Source: Adineta vaga (taxonomy: Eukaryota; Animalia; Rotifera). Taken from it: a stretch of 64,000 nucleotides of DNA. Below the pieces are notes generated by a model that was given only the letters and a program-made list of their open reading frames with translations, did no database searches and had not been told where the DNA came from. Both the position numbers and the translations under genes were made by a program. How positions within the stretch are numbered: position 1 is the stretch's first letter; each line of letters begins with the position of its first letter. This document shows positions 41,413 through 55,367 of this stretch, piece after piece. The stretch covers positions 6,138,001-6,202,000 of the forward strand of contig CP075494.1 of assembly GCA_021613535.1 (NCBI GenBank), in the 5' to 3' direction.

Positions 41413-42878
41413 TTTGTGATGATAGTCATCATTGAATAGAAAACAAAACATTCTGATTGATACGTTCTTCAAGAAAAGCGTATATTAAATTAAGTTAATT
41501 AATGTCAAATGAAATCCAAAAAGAACTAATCAAGTTTTTCAGACATTGTCTAGTCAATATAGCTGACAAAACATATGAGATAAACATTGATTGTTGTCAA
41601 TATCTAAAGGTCTGCAGAACGTCAAATAGACTCTCTAGTCTATCTCTTCCAGATAATCAAATATCGATCAATTTTTAGACTTGGAGTAAGAAATTGTTTT
41701 TCTTTGTAGTGAATATGATAATAAAAATATGTTTATTTTGAAAGAGAAAACTGTCAACAATATTATCGCTATACTTGACGAAAAGGTTATATCATTTCTT
41801 TTATGTCACGATCCATGAGAGTTTATATCAATCGATTCCTTACAAATGAGGACAAACAAACCAACATCAATGACTATGTTTCATCGCTAATTCTATGTTT
41901 GATCTTAAATGAATTGTGTTACTATTGAAGAACGCAGCTACTTGAGTAAATTAGGTTTTTAAAGATCATTACCGGCTTTTTTTTCTCGTCAACGCTGACG
42001 TCGATTTATTTGTAGTTGATCGGTATAGATCAAACTTCTTATACTCCTCTGTTTTCCCTCTTGTTTATCACATCTGAAAAGAAGCGATGAAGTAAGAAAG
42101 GAATGGTTGCAATTAGTCTATGGAATTCTTTTATCAATCTATCCAAATAATACAAAGACAAAGACAGCTTGGTTTACCAATGTTATAGATCCATTTGTCA
42201 ACGAAAGAATTCTTTTTCTATCTTCCGAATTAATCGAAATATCCAAGCGTAAGGAAATAGATTTGAATATCGAACATCATGTGATGTTAGTGAATGATTG
42301 AAAGGTAGTCAATGTTACTTATCAGGAAATGAAAGTAGATAAAACATGTTCTTAAAATGAACTCAATTAACTTTCATCAAGTAGGACAATCAATCATCGA
42401 GATAAATCCCTTCTTATCTGTATTTATTATGATAGAACGGTTAAATGACAATCAATAGAAACTCGTCAGTCTTTATTGTACATGAAACTTTCATTTTATA
42501 CATCATATGTCAATGTGACAAGTGATTGAATTTCAAGTTGATAGTACTCATAAACAGAAATTGACAGAAAAATAATGAGAAAATGTCAAAATCAGCTGAT
42601 TATCTACTTCACAGCTATAAATAGAAACGTTTGAAAAGACCTTAAAAGAACATATCACCATTCAAACAGAAGATCTAGTATAAACGAACTTTTATACTTG
42701 AATAACTATACGGCTTTTCGAAGCAAACTAACGAAACTGTCATGCGATTGAATTCACAAACAATATTGATGCATCTACTTGATTCTAAATTCAATAAATA
42801 TATACACAAAGAAATTATCAATACACCGGAAGTACAAAAAAAAAGTAAGAGCAAAGAACGATTTATTGTAATTTTTGA

Positions 42879-44449
42879 TTAGTCACAATCATCATCTCTG
42901 ATTAGTTTTCGAACACATTTTTGTTCATTATTTTTTCTTTCTATTCCATAACCAATATTACATACACATCTTCCAAATGATGTACAATGAGAATTGGCAT
43001 CCATACTAATACATTGTCGATGTAATATACAACGAAAAGGAAATGTATCCTTTGAATCTATAATAGATTCTTGTGTCGTCGATGATGGAGACCATGGCCA
43101 CCAAAGAAATACAGTCGTAGTCGTAGTTGCAATTGTAATCGTTGTCATTGTTGTCGTTATTGTTGTAGATGTTCGAGTCTTTCGTTGGGTTACTTTTTCA
43201 TTTAAAGTGTCTAACAAACGAATAAATTAGATGATTATCATTTCATAAAATTCTTACCTGAATCACTTAAGCAATTCCAATCATCAATAGGAAAATAATC
43301 ATTCGGACAAGTACAAATATTATTTAAACATATTGCTTCTGATGTTTGACAGTTTCGATTTGTAAGACATTTTCCACCTAATAAACTCTTATAATTATTC
43401 GAGATTGTAGTTGTTTCTTGATTAGTATCTATTCGTAAATAGAAGAAAATAGTATTTTTAAAAACAAATATCAATCATTTACCTTCTACGCAAGTGTAAA
43501 GATCAAATGATATGTAACCTTCAACGCATGAACATTGTCCATTATAGCAATGTGAATGAGAAACGGACTGTCGACAATAATAATCATTTGTACATGTTGT
43601 ACCTAATTGACCTAAAGATCTGACCACTTCATCTTCTGATGGATCAAGAACGGGTACTGTTGTTGTCAAGAAAGAAGATCTTATTGTTGAACTTTCAATG
43701 ATTGGTACACCTTAATATGCGATTATAATAAAAAAATATATCGAAAAAGAAAGTCTTTTACCTCCACCACGAAGATTATAACATAAATATTTTCCGAGAG
43801 GAACATAACCCTCTAAACAAACACATGAACCACGAAGACATTCTAACTGAACAGTTGAATGTTGACACTCTTTATTTGTTACACAAATCGAACCATAACC
43901 TGGTGGTTCTTCACTATCAATTGGTTTGATTCTTCGTATATTTGATGGTAATTGTTCTAAAAATCAAAAATATCCTTTCAAAAATAAACTGAGATAAACA
44001 TGATCAATTTACCAAAATCTCGAATACAACGATAAGCATCGATTGGTACATGACCTGTCGAACATTGACATTGATTTAATGAACATATTTTAGCTCCATC
44101 AACTGGTGTTCGACGACATTCATCATTCGATATGCAATCTTCACCTAACATTCGAATTCCTAAATTCATTAAAATTTTCATAATAAAAAAAAAGAAACAG
44201 AATATATATTTCAATCCGTTCTCTTTTACCAAAATCAATTTGTCGACGATACCGTTTTTCATCTATACATTCAAATAATCCATTCGTTTTGTGTCCTTTC
44301 CGACATATACATTTATTATTGTAACATCTCGAATTTCTTATAACATTAATACAATCCATATTCGTTTGACATGTATAATCAAATACATTCATATGATATA
44401 TTGTTTTTGTCATAACGCAATTGATTATTAATAATAAAACGAACCACAT
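42879..44449 (-). CDS. Secreted Cys-rich EB-module repeat protein (about 6 modules)
   Basis: Signal peptide MWFVLLLIINCVMT. Repeats of the form LGxxCxxxxxC...SxCxxxxCxCxxGY with Thr-rich spacers, about one module per exon. Confidence 0.75.
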
Positions 44450-45151
44450 GTTTGTATAAATGTCGATTAATGAATAAATGTAGAGCAAAAGAATACGAAG
44501 AGAAAAAGATTATGTAGTTGTATGACGTAAATTTTATACAATGAAATTGAACGTGATTGAAAACAATAGATTATTTTCATTGTACAATTCTTTTGTTCAA
44601 TGTAAAAGTCACGTATGAAAGTTTCTTCTCAAATTTATTGAGAAAGGAAATGAAACGAACAGTTGACTATGTTTTATTTCGTAACAATTTAGTCAAAAGA
44701 AGATTTTGTTTTTGTTTAGATTAAATTAATCTGATAGAGTGTATAACAATGATGAACTTTTATATATGTTACAAAGACTTTTCTTTTTTGTTTCGGAGAT
44801 ATTTTAAACATACATCAAGTCAATTCTTTACACAAGATTTCATCTCCGTTTATATGAGGTTAAAAAGAGCATATATCGTTTTAGTTTTTATCTGTGTCTA
44901 TTTGCTAAATGCGCAAGAGAATGCAACCGTTGAAGACTTCGAACTGTCGTTGAGTATATTTCTATTTTTTCCACACATTTTTTCTCTTGCTTTAAACTTC
45001 ATTCTGGAAGGAACTAGAAAAAAAAGAAAAGAACGACAGAAGAAAAAGAATCCACCTATCAACCTCTGTGCTGATATATATATATATATATATATGACAG
45101 AAAACGTTGTCATTATCATTAATTTCAAAATTCTTCTTTGCATATTTTAAA

Positions 45152-46140
45152 ATGGGTAAAAGTCATTCGAAATCAACATTTAGTCAATGGGATTTAGATC
45201 GATTCAGTAATGTTACTGGTAAAAGAAATTCGCATCTAAGCAGATATATTCAATTCGTAATAAATTCAATTTAGGTATTCCTCGTTCAGAAGTTGAACGA
45301 CTCTATCAAGAATTTGTAGCTTCAACTGGTAAAAATAATCTTATGGACAAAAAGGAATTTCGTCGATTATATAAACAATTATATATTACTGCTAAAACTG
45401 GTCCAGCTATTCCAGCTGTCATAACCGATCATGATTTAGATAAAATTTCCGATCGAGTTTTCAAAGCATTTGATGTTGAAGGAACAGGTAAAGATTTTCT
45501 TTTTATTCGTTATGTCGATCTTATGTTTTTGTTTTGCTTCTCTTTTAGGCAAATTAACATTTGAAGGTAATTTTATTTTATGTTTTTCTTCAAAATAATC
45601 TGATGTTTTAACTGTATAGAATTTGTTAATGCATATTTATTACTCAATCGAAGTGAATCAAACGCTGCTATATCAAATCGTGATCGATTAAGTTATATTT
45701 TAGATCATAATAATCAAACACCAGGTAAAAAGAACAAGATAAGACATTAATTCTTATGAAAATATTTGGTTTTTCTTCAAGGTTTTATTACACGTGAACA
45801 AGGTGAACAAGTATTTAATCATTTAAATCGTTATTATAAGTAAGATATTTTACTTTTTCTTAAATTGTCGTCAAAAATCAATTCTTATTCTTTTAGTTCA
45901 GAAGATGTAATAAAAACCACAACTACAACATCTGCCATTGCACCTAAACCAGTTACAACTACTTGGGAACAACATTGGAGTAAACTTGATGATGGCAGCG
46001 GCCGGTTTGTTTCTTTTCTACTCTTCACTTCTTTTTCTATTCTTTTTCATTTTTCTTCTAGTGTTCCACAAGAAAAATTCGTTGAATACGTCACAACTTC
46101 CGATGATTATAAGAATCATTTCAATCGTGCTGTTGTCTAA
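45152..46140 (+). CDS. Divergent N-myristoylated NCS/recoverin-like EF-hand protein
   Basis: MGKSHS fits the MGxxxS myristoylation motif. Contains MDKKEFRRLY and RVFKAFDVEGTGKLTFEEF, the latter completed by an 18-nt microexon at 45549-45566. Confidence 0.75.
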
Positions 46141-47830
46141 ATTACAATAGAAAACATGCATTATATCTACTCTCCAACCTTTCTGTTCTCTATTGTTTAG
46201 TAATGTTTCTTTTTATATTTCTTTGTTGTTTATCTTACGCACGCTGTAAAACTAGTATTCTTTTCTGTTTTTCGTTTGCTTTTTGTCTGTAAAATACGTT
46301 TTCAATAAATGTATTCGATGAAATGATCTCGAATGTTTATCGTAGACTACTCACAATTTATTGTGATAAGGAGGAGAATCAAAAGAACATCAACTAAAAA
46401 TAACTCTTAGCCGTGTTTTTTGAGTCATTGATATTCAATCAAATAACGGATATATGACGCTAATGATAGAAATTTTAGCTATATATCTCGACAGGAAAAA
46501 CTTCCAAATGATCTGTGCAATACCTATATGTAGTTATCATTCAATTTTGTCAATAATTTATGGTCAGAGCTTATAGTGCTTGACGTTTTACAGAACACAT
46601 CAATGTCCTATGTTAACTAAATTTATCGTTGTATTTCATTGCAAACCTTGCGCAGCACTTCTTACATCATTTCTGTTTATGGATATCTGACAGTATACGA
46701 TCAATTTATCTCAGAATGATGATATAACTCAATTCGAAATAACGATAGAAGTTTATGTCTCAGAACTCATAGTGAGAAAAATGATGTCGCTAGATGTCTA
46801 ATTGACCATTTCAATAATTGATTTGACCATTCGAATGACCATTGATAAAATGAGACATAGAAGTAAGTGTGTTCATTCTCTTTTTTCCTCTTTGTTTCTT
46901 CGACATCTATCTATTTATTTGTTCTCTTCGATATTGATCAAATGATCAGATAGATCTGTTCTTCGTTATCTTTCTTTATCAAAAAAAAGAACAACGTTGT
47001 ATCATCATAACCTTTAAATTAATCATAATAATACGAGATATATTTATTGATTAGTTCATTTCATCAATTATTCTCAAAATTGAATAAAATCAGTTTTGAA
47101 TAATGATCTATATATTTCTCTGCTATTCTATCTTCTTCATTTATTTCCTTTGGTAAATAGATAGATCAATAGCTCATTTATGTTTGTTAAGGACAGCTGT
47201 TATTCTCTGATTACTCGCAGTATGAAAGCAACGGAAAATAAGATATTTTCATTCTTTAGTCTTTACTTCCTTGATAGAATACAGACATAAAGAGATAATG
47301 AGTATGTATATGAATGTTTGTATGATATAATCCTTTAATATTGAATCTTCGACAACAGAGTTTATCTCAAGCAAGGTCAGAACATAAAAAGAATCGCTGT
47401 TATGAAGAATATACTTTGACCTATACAGGCAGAAAAAAAGACACAGTAGCAGTGACCATTTTTACATACTCCATCATCACTAGAAGCCCTTTTCATATTC
47501 TGATAAGATAGAGATATTCAAGATCGTTAACTTGGCATCTGTCTCTCCCCTCCACCTTTTTTTTCTCCTTTGTCCTTTCTTTCTCTTAACTCTATCATCA
47601 TAATCATACACAATCGTCTCGTTTTTTCTTCTTCTTCTCCTTCTCCTTCTACTTCTTCTTCTTTTTCTCTTCATCGTCTATGATTGACCGATGAACAGCA
47701 CGTTGAACTTCGCATTACTAGACTCAATGATCGCGTCATTGTTTCGTCTCTTCTTGTAGATTGTTATTATTATTATTATTATTATTATACATATACGTGT
47801 TGAACTCGTTTTGTGCATGGCCGATTGTTT

Positions 47831-50800
47831 ATGGCGGCGTCTCGGTTTATTCGTTTTTTTAGTCGTCGTCAACAAAAAACTCCCAATCTCGCATTAACTG
47901 ATGATCGAATTCATCCTCATTCCAATTCAAAATTTCTTTCCAATGGAAAAATTCATTCAACTGAAAAATCTCAACCAATAGCACCAATTAAAAATGGTCT
48001 CGTTTGTACAATTGTTTTTCTTGATGGTGAAGAAGTGAATTTTGAAGTAGAGGTAAGTTAGCCATGCAGATTGATGATTTAATTTTTAAGTATTGAATTT
48101 ATTCATAAAGATTTCGAGAGTAGATGTCTGACCTGTATAGACCTATTGTTATCAACATGCATAGGCATGTGTCAGCTGTTATATTTTATCAACTATTGAT
48201 CTGACCTTATTTATTCAGTCTAAGCATATACTCATATTCATGCCATTACAAGAAGTAATCTGACATGTTCTTTTGTCTAAATAAATGAATCGATTTCGTG
48301 ACAATAATCGAAGGCGTGAACAAAACGTTAGAGAAAAATGAATAGATTCCATGATCTTTATTCAATAAAAAAAAGAACGATAGCATCAATCAAGTATTTG
48401 ACGTTTTTATTTTCTAGCGCAAAGCTCTTGGTAAAAATCTTTATGATAAAATTATTGCGCATCGAAAACTTGTTGAACCTGATTATTTTGGACTTCAATT
48501 TATTGATACACATAATATTAAAGTAAGTTATATCAGAATTTTTATCGCTAAATTTGTGAATTAATTAGCAATGGCTCGATTCGACGAAATCAATTAAAAA
48601 ACAATGTAAAGGTATGAATAAATATTCATTTAAGACAAGAAAATGATGATTATTTCTCTCGTAGTTGGACCACCTTATACATTTCGATTTCGTGTGAAAT
48701 TTTATACATCTGATCCGCAAAATCTTCATGATGAATTAACAAGGTAAGATAAACATACAAGAATTAATACATCTATTTGAATTCGTTCTTTTGTTTATAA
48801 AAAAAACAACAGGTACTTATTTGTACTTCAACTTAAAGATGATATTCGAACAGGAAGATTAGAATGTCCATCTGGTACAGATGTTGAATTAGCAGCATTG
48901 ACTATTCAAGGTAAATATAAATCAATTGAACTGGAATAATAATGATTTCTTAGTAATGTTAATGAAAAAACATTCGATTTTTTTAAACGAATGTTACTAA
49001 ACACATGTACTCCCAGCGTTTCTTTGAACCTTGACAATACATTCTAGTTAGTGTTCCTAGTTACAAAATGTTCTTATCAATAAACAGCAGGTGTTATCTG
49101 CAGATCATCTCCCTATGTGAAACATCTTCAGTTAATAAATAGTATACATATATGTATTACAACTTCATAGAAAACATTCTGATTTGATTTCAATTACGAA
49201 AGATATGACAAACTTGTTTATATTTTAGCTGAGTTAGGTGATTATAACAACAATGAACATTCACTTGCTAATGTATCTGAATTTCGATTTCAACCTGATG
49301 ATATTCAAACACCAGATTTTGAAGAACATGTTTTACAAAAATGGATAACATACAAGTAAAATCTTTACAAACATGATCTTATTTTTCTATCTTTCCAAAT
49401 CTAGGGGTTTAACACCTGCTGATTGTGAAATTCAATATCTAAATAAGGCACGTTGGTTAGAAATGTATGGAGTAGATCTTCATACAGTTATGGGTAAAGA
49501 TGGTTTGGAATATAAACTTGGTTTAACTCCAACTGGTATACTTGTTTTTGAAAATAAAGTTAAAATTGGTCTATTCGTTTGGTAAAACATCTTGTTTTCG
49601 AAAGAAAACAGTCGAGTATTCTATTTCGTATATTTCAGGTCAAAAGTCACTAGAATAGATTTCAATCGAAATAAATTAACAATCGTTGTTGTTGAAGATG
49701 ATGATAATGATCCACGTTTACAACGTGATTTCGTATTTCTATTTCGTTGTTTTGATGAAAAACAATGCAAGCATTTTTGGAAATGTGCATTGGAATATCA
49801 TATCTTTTTTCGAACTACTTCAGCAAATAAACTTAAACAAGGAACAAAATCTAATTTTACACGCATGGGTTCACGATTTCGATTCAGGTAATATCTATTA
49901 TGAAATAGTTTCGAATAAAAGAAAAAATTTTTTTCTTGAACTTTTATTTCAAAGTGGTCGAACTGAATGTCAAACAGCAGCATTAGGAAATTTAACAAAT
50001 CATGGTATGAATTTTGAACGAAAAGCTTCACATCGTTTTTCACGACGTGCATCCTATGCAATAAGAAAGAAGATTCAAGAACAAGAGATTTTACGTGAAC
50101 AAGAAGACGAACGTTTGAAAAAATTAAAATCAGAACAAGAAGCAAAATTATCAGAGTAAGTTTGCTATTCGCATTCATTGTCATTATTCAATCTTATTTT
50201 TATAGTTCTAAAGTACAAATAAATGTATCTAATCATGATTTAACATCCATGTCAAAACGTTCTTCATCTGTATCATCATCGCAAAAGAATTTAAATTTAA
50301 CAGCAACACAACGATTGGATAATCTTATTCTAGGAACTCCTAATGAATTAGTCATTGAAGGTAATATTATTGGAAAGAGTCAATTTGAGTTTGTTAAGTA
50401 ATTCATTACATATTTGTATATCTCTTAGTTAATCATACTGTTTTAAGATGATAATAAATATGACCTCGATTTGTTTATATAGGAGAGAAAGAAAATGATA
50501 TTATTTGAAACACTTGTAGTAATATTAACTTGAAATCTCCGTTTACTCTCGAATCTAGTGCTATTAAAAGGAGATAAACATATTCTAAACAACTGAAACC
50601 TTGTTAGATTTTCTGATCCATATTATTAACATGTCCAAAGAATTTCATCATATGATACATTGATTAGAACAGTCTATTATCATTTTCAGGAAACAACAAT
50701 CTCGATTACCAAACGTTCTATAATTAGAAATCTTCTTACCTAGGATTATCTATCATTCATTAACATCTGTTTACTAACTATTTTATTTATAGAAACGGAA

Positions 50801-52109
50801 TCAAAAGTAATTTCAACAAATCTTTCTGGTCCTCCTCCACCAGTTCCTCCTCGACAAACGAAATCCGAAGATAAAACACCATCACCAAAACTTTCTATCC
50901 ATCAATCCAATAATCCAACATCCTCTTCCACCACTGTTAACAATCCGAAAGGTTCGTCAGACTATCATCAATCATTAATCTTAAACAGGAAAGTTTGTTT
51001 ATAGAATCATCTAATGAGTTTCTTTCGAATATTCATCCATCGGATAATGATAATGACGATGCATTATTAATTCAATTATCACCACAAAAAACACCAACAT
51101 CTCTTACAAATGGGTAATGAAAAATCTTCTGATGATCTTTTTTTGTTTTTCTATATAATTAAACTTCTTCTAGACATCATCAAACAAATTCTTCTCGTAC
51201 TTCGAAAATGAACAGTCTACCTAATCGATATGTTTTAGCAAATAGTCAACCAACATCATCATATGTCGTCAAAGTAAATATTTCTCTTTCGTTTTCTTTC
51301 TCAATAAATTATAAATCGATATTGAAATCTTTTCTTTCAAACAGCAAACATCATCGAATGATTTCAATACGAATAAAACGAGTAGTAGTCAGCAAACTAA
51401 TCATAAATTTCCTCTCTTTGTTTCTCCTATCTCTGATATTTCATCCGTTGATGCAACTCGTGCATCGTACGATAATATTTTAAATTATTGTCTTAATCCT
51501 GCAAATGAATCGAATTCAATTTATGCGAAATTTCATTTTCAACAACATGAATCGAAACCGAAAGTAGAAGATAAACAATTCGAACAACGTTGTGCTAATT
51601 ATGATAACCTTTCTTATCTTGTTATCGATGGGATAACATCGAAAAAATTCTTACATAGAGGAATAGGAAAAATCTCGTCTTGTAAAGATTATTTTGCTGC
51701 TACTACTGGTTTTAATTTTAATGAGAATGGACAGCGTACGTAAGATTGAGCATGGAGTGAATGATGATGCATGATTGAAATCATTGTGTGTTCTTTTTGT
51801 TTTCATGGGAAATTTAATCAACTCTATTTTTCATCTAGGAGACCTTGTTTTACAGCGAGACAATGGCAAATGATCAATGTAAGTCGCGAAAACGAAGAAG
51901 AAAAATTTTATCATTGAATCGAAATATTTTCTCTAGATACTCCAACAAATGCAACACCAGTTATTGTAACTCGAACATTAAGTCAATCAAATGTTCGAAA
52001 TGCTTCATCAACATTAGTCCAAGCAACAAATCCATTACAAATACCTTCACGTAGTCCATTATTGGCACATCATTCTCAATTTTATCATCCGCTTACAACC
52101 GAATTATAA
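47831..52109 (+). CDS. EPB41L5: FERM-FA domain protein Yurt/EPB41L5 (band 4.1-like)
   Basis: [23 protein letters not shown]...[32 protein letters not shown] region [13 protein letters not shown], and C-terminal PDZ ligand LTTEL-TAA. Confidence 0.88.
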
Positions 52110-52997
52110 AAGTGTTCACCTCTATGAGGTTTCATTTTTAATTTTTTTTTGTATATAAAAATTCTGTGGTGCTGTGTTTTTAATCAATATATATATATAT
52201 ATATGCATCGTTTTTCTGTTTGTTTGATTTTCGAAACACGATGAGAAATAAAGGGGGAAAAAAACTTTTGCATTCTCGTCACATATCATTGATGATTCCA
52301 TTAAGAGGTGATACTTTAAACATATGTGACATTTGCCTTTTATTTCAAACCAAGGTACTACTAACTATCTTGTCACTTTCAATGATAAACTTGCTTCTTG
52401 TCGAGTAAGAAAAATACACTCTGTTATTCATTCGCAATCAATAGAAATACAATGTGTTTTTGTGCTTGAATAACATCGATAATATCATCATCATCATCAT
52501 CATCATCAACAACAAGGATACAAACATCTCTTGACACCAGCTGTGCTATCAGCTCAATAGGCGACCTCCTCCTCCTCCTATCTCGCCTACGATGATAGTT
52601 TTTTTTCATTGCGCATAAGAATAAAAGCCATGGACTGTATATACATATTCTTTTTTTTTCTCAAAAGATAATAATCGCGTTCATTTAATAGCAAATATTT
52701 ATCTTCGATGTCGCCATACTGACTGATTATGTTCTTACATTTCGATTAGAATATATTTCCGATCCTCTATTATTTGAGTCTTTCTTATTAGAGTTAGCGT
52801 TGAGGAAATGCATTAATATCTTGAAAATCATCAAATCAAAACCGCATCCAATCAAATTGTGGGAGAAGAAAAAAAAGCCGAAAGGAAAACACTCGCTACA
52901 TAAGTAGCGACGTCATCGTCGTTTACAATCATTATTTTACTAAACTATCAGATCAATTGGCCTTGAAAAAGTAATGTTTATATCGAATTTTTTTTAG

Positions 52998-54380
52998 ATG
53001 ACACAAGCAAATGCTGGTGGATCAGCTAAAGATGCAGCCGATCAAAATTTCGATTATATGTTTAAATTACTTATTATTGGAAATTCGTCTGTAGGAAAAA
53101 CATCATTTGTATGTTGTTGATTTGTTTATTGTTTTTTTTCGAAGTAAAAATGCACGTTTTTTTTTCTTTTGATTTTTCAAGCTTTTCCGATATGCAGATG
53201 ATTCTTTTACATCAGCATTTGTTAGTACTGTTGGAATTGATTTTAAGGTTAAAACTGTATTTCGACATGACAAACGTGTTAAATTACAAATATGGGATAC
53301 AGCTGGGCAAGAACGTTATCGAACAATAACAAGTAAATCACTTTCGAAAATATAATAGTTTTATTATTGAATTGATTGGTTTTCTTTTTCTCGTTAGCTG
53401 CGTATTATCGTGGTGCAATGGGTTTTATTCTAATGTATGACATCACTAATGAAGAATCATTTAATGCAGTACAAGATTGGTAAGTTTCATTGATTGAAGA
53501 TGACCTAGTTTAAGATAAATGAAATGAAACAATTTCCTTTGCGTACATTCATATTCTAAATATTAAAAAAAAAGAAATGAAGCAAACAAAATGCACCAAC
53601 ATTCTTTTCAGGTGTACACAAATAAAAATGTATTCATGGGATAATGCACAAGTTGTTCTTGTTGGAAATAAATGCGATTTAGAACAGGATAGAGCTGTTA
53701 CACAAGAACGAGGCAAACGTCTTGCTGATCAATTGGGTAATTGAATTAAATATTGTATCTTGAATGTACGCTTTCGATATGTGTTTCTTTTTTCGGGTTA
53801 ATTCTTTCTCTTTTGCTTCATATATATATATGTATATGTTGTGTTGTATGTGTTGTATTTTTCAAGGGTTCTACAGATAAAGACACATTCATGGGAAAAA
53901 ACCCCGATTATATTGGTTGGAAATAAATGTGATATGGCAAATGAGAAAGTCATTATGACACTAGAAGGAAAAAAACTTGCCGATGATCTCGGTAAGGTTT
54001 TTTCTTTCGGATAAAATTCACTCGAACATAAACAAAAACGAAATTTGTTTATTGAAAAGATGTTTAATGATAACATCAATTTTCGTTTTAGGTTTGGAAT
54101 TCTTTGAAACATCAGCAAAAGAAAATATCAATGTAAAAGCTGTTTTCGAAAGGTAAAGTGCATCAGCTGAAGTCATTTGTTTTCGAGACAAATTTCATAC
54201 TTTTGTTTTAGATTAGTTGATATTATTTTAGAAAAAATGTCGGATGCACCGGAAGATCCAAGTGGTAATAGTGGTCAAGGAAATGCTGCTTATGGTAATC
54301 AAGCAGGTGCCTATAATAAAGGAACGACAAGACTTGCCGCCAATGAACAGCAATCGAAAGGCAATCAATGTCAATGTTAG
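52998..54380 (+). CDS. RAB3: Ras-related protein Rab3 with two alternative homologous internal exons
   Basis: [54 protein letters not shown] and the C-terminal CQC prenylation motif. Confidence 0.95.
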
Positions 54381-55367
54381 GGAACAAATAAACAATAAAT
54401 CTGCCTTTAAAAAAATGAGATGATCGCAATTTTTTCTTATTCCAGTCAATGTTTTCCTTTCTATTTATTTGTCGTTGTTTGTCTTGTAAGAAAACATACA
54501 CATACATACATACATACTAGAAAACAAATAAGATAAAACATATTCTTTTCTTCAATAGATACCATTCCGATTTAAGTTTATTATATGTATATATATATGT
54601 GATGTACCCGTATATCTTTTCCTTGTTTGTTTTCTCTTGTATTCGTGTATTTTTTAGTCTTTTATTTTTTGTCATGTGACCGCTACACCACCTCTCGTTT
54701 CTTTTGGATTGATTCTTTACCTCAATCGTATTTTTTTCTCTCGCCTTTCTTTCTTCTTATGTGCAGTATTTCTGATGAATCACTTTTTCATTTGTGTCAG
54801 ATGAAAAGCTGGTTTATCATTTATCTGATCTATGCGTTTGACTCTTATCCTATTGTTTTTTATTTAATGTTCTAACCAACGTCTACAACATTCATACATA
54901 CATTTCAACAAAAAAAACTTCACCATCAAATTTAGTTCTTTTTTCTTTTGTCAAATTTTCTCTGTCGACAAGATCATCGAACCATTACATAATATTTGAG
55001 CAAAACAATTGAGTTGATCTAATTCAATTGAATAGGAAGGAGAAAAAAAACAAGTCTTTCTTTTGTTATGAAGAGTTTCGCACAAGAAACAATGTTTATT
55101 GTCGATATAATTTTCCGAAGATGTCAAATGATGTGATACAATAAAGTCCTGTCGTATTAGAAAAGAAAAGCTTCTTATCATAATTGAAATTCTTTACAAA
55201 GACTGTCCTCAAATTTCAATTGAACAGAGTATTGACTAAATCTATTATTCACTTAGAAAAGTTTTCTCAACACGTTGTTCTACGGATAAAACTAATCATT
55301 TTCTATTGCATAAAGCATTCCCTAAGGAGATTTTTCTGTTCGAATATAAAACGTTGTTTTGTAGATC

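Noticed and set aside
39300-42800. ORFs 40298-40492, 40536-40958, 40624-40887 and 42107-42301 in a 3.5-kb gap
   Set aside because: The translations are low-complexity and driven by AT/AG-rich tracts, with no domains. The region is probably Kv1 upstream regulatory DNA.
47480-47875. Arg-rich and Ile-rich minus-strand ORFs
   Set aside because: They are the antisense of (CTT)n and (ATT)n tracts in the Yurt promoter or 5'UTR.
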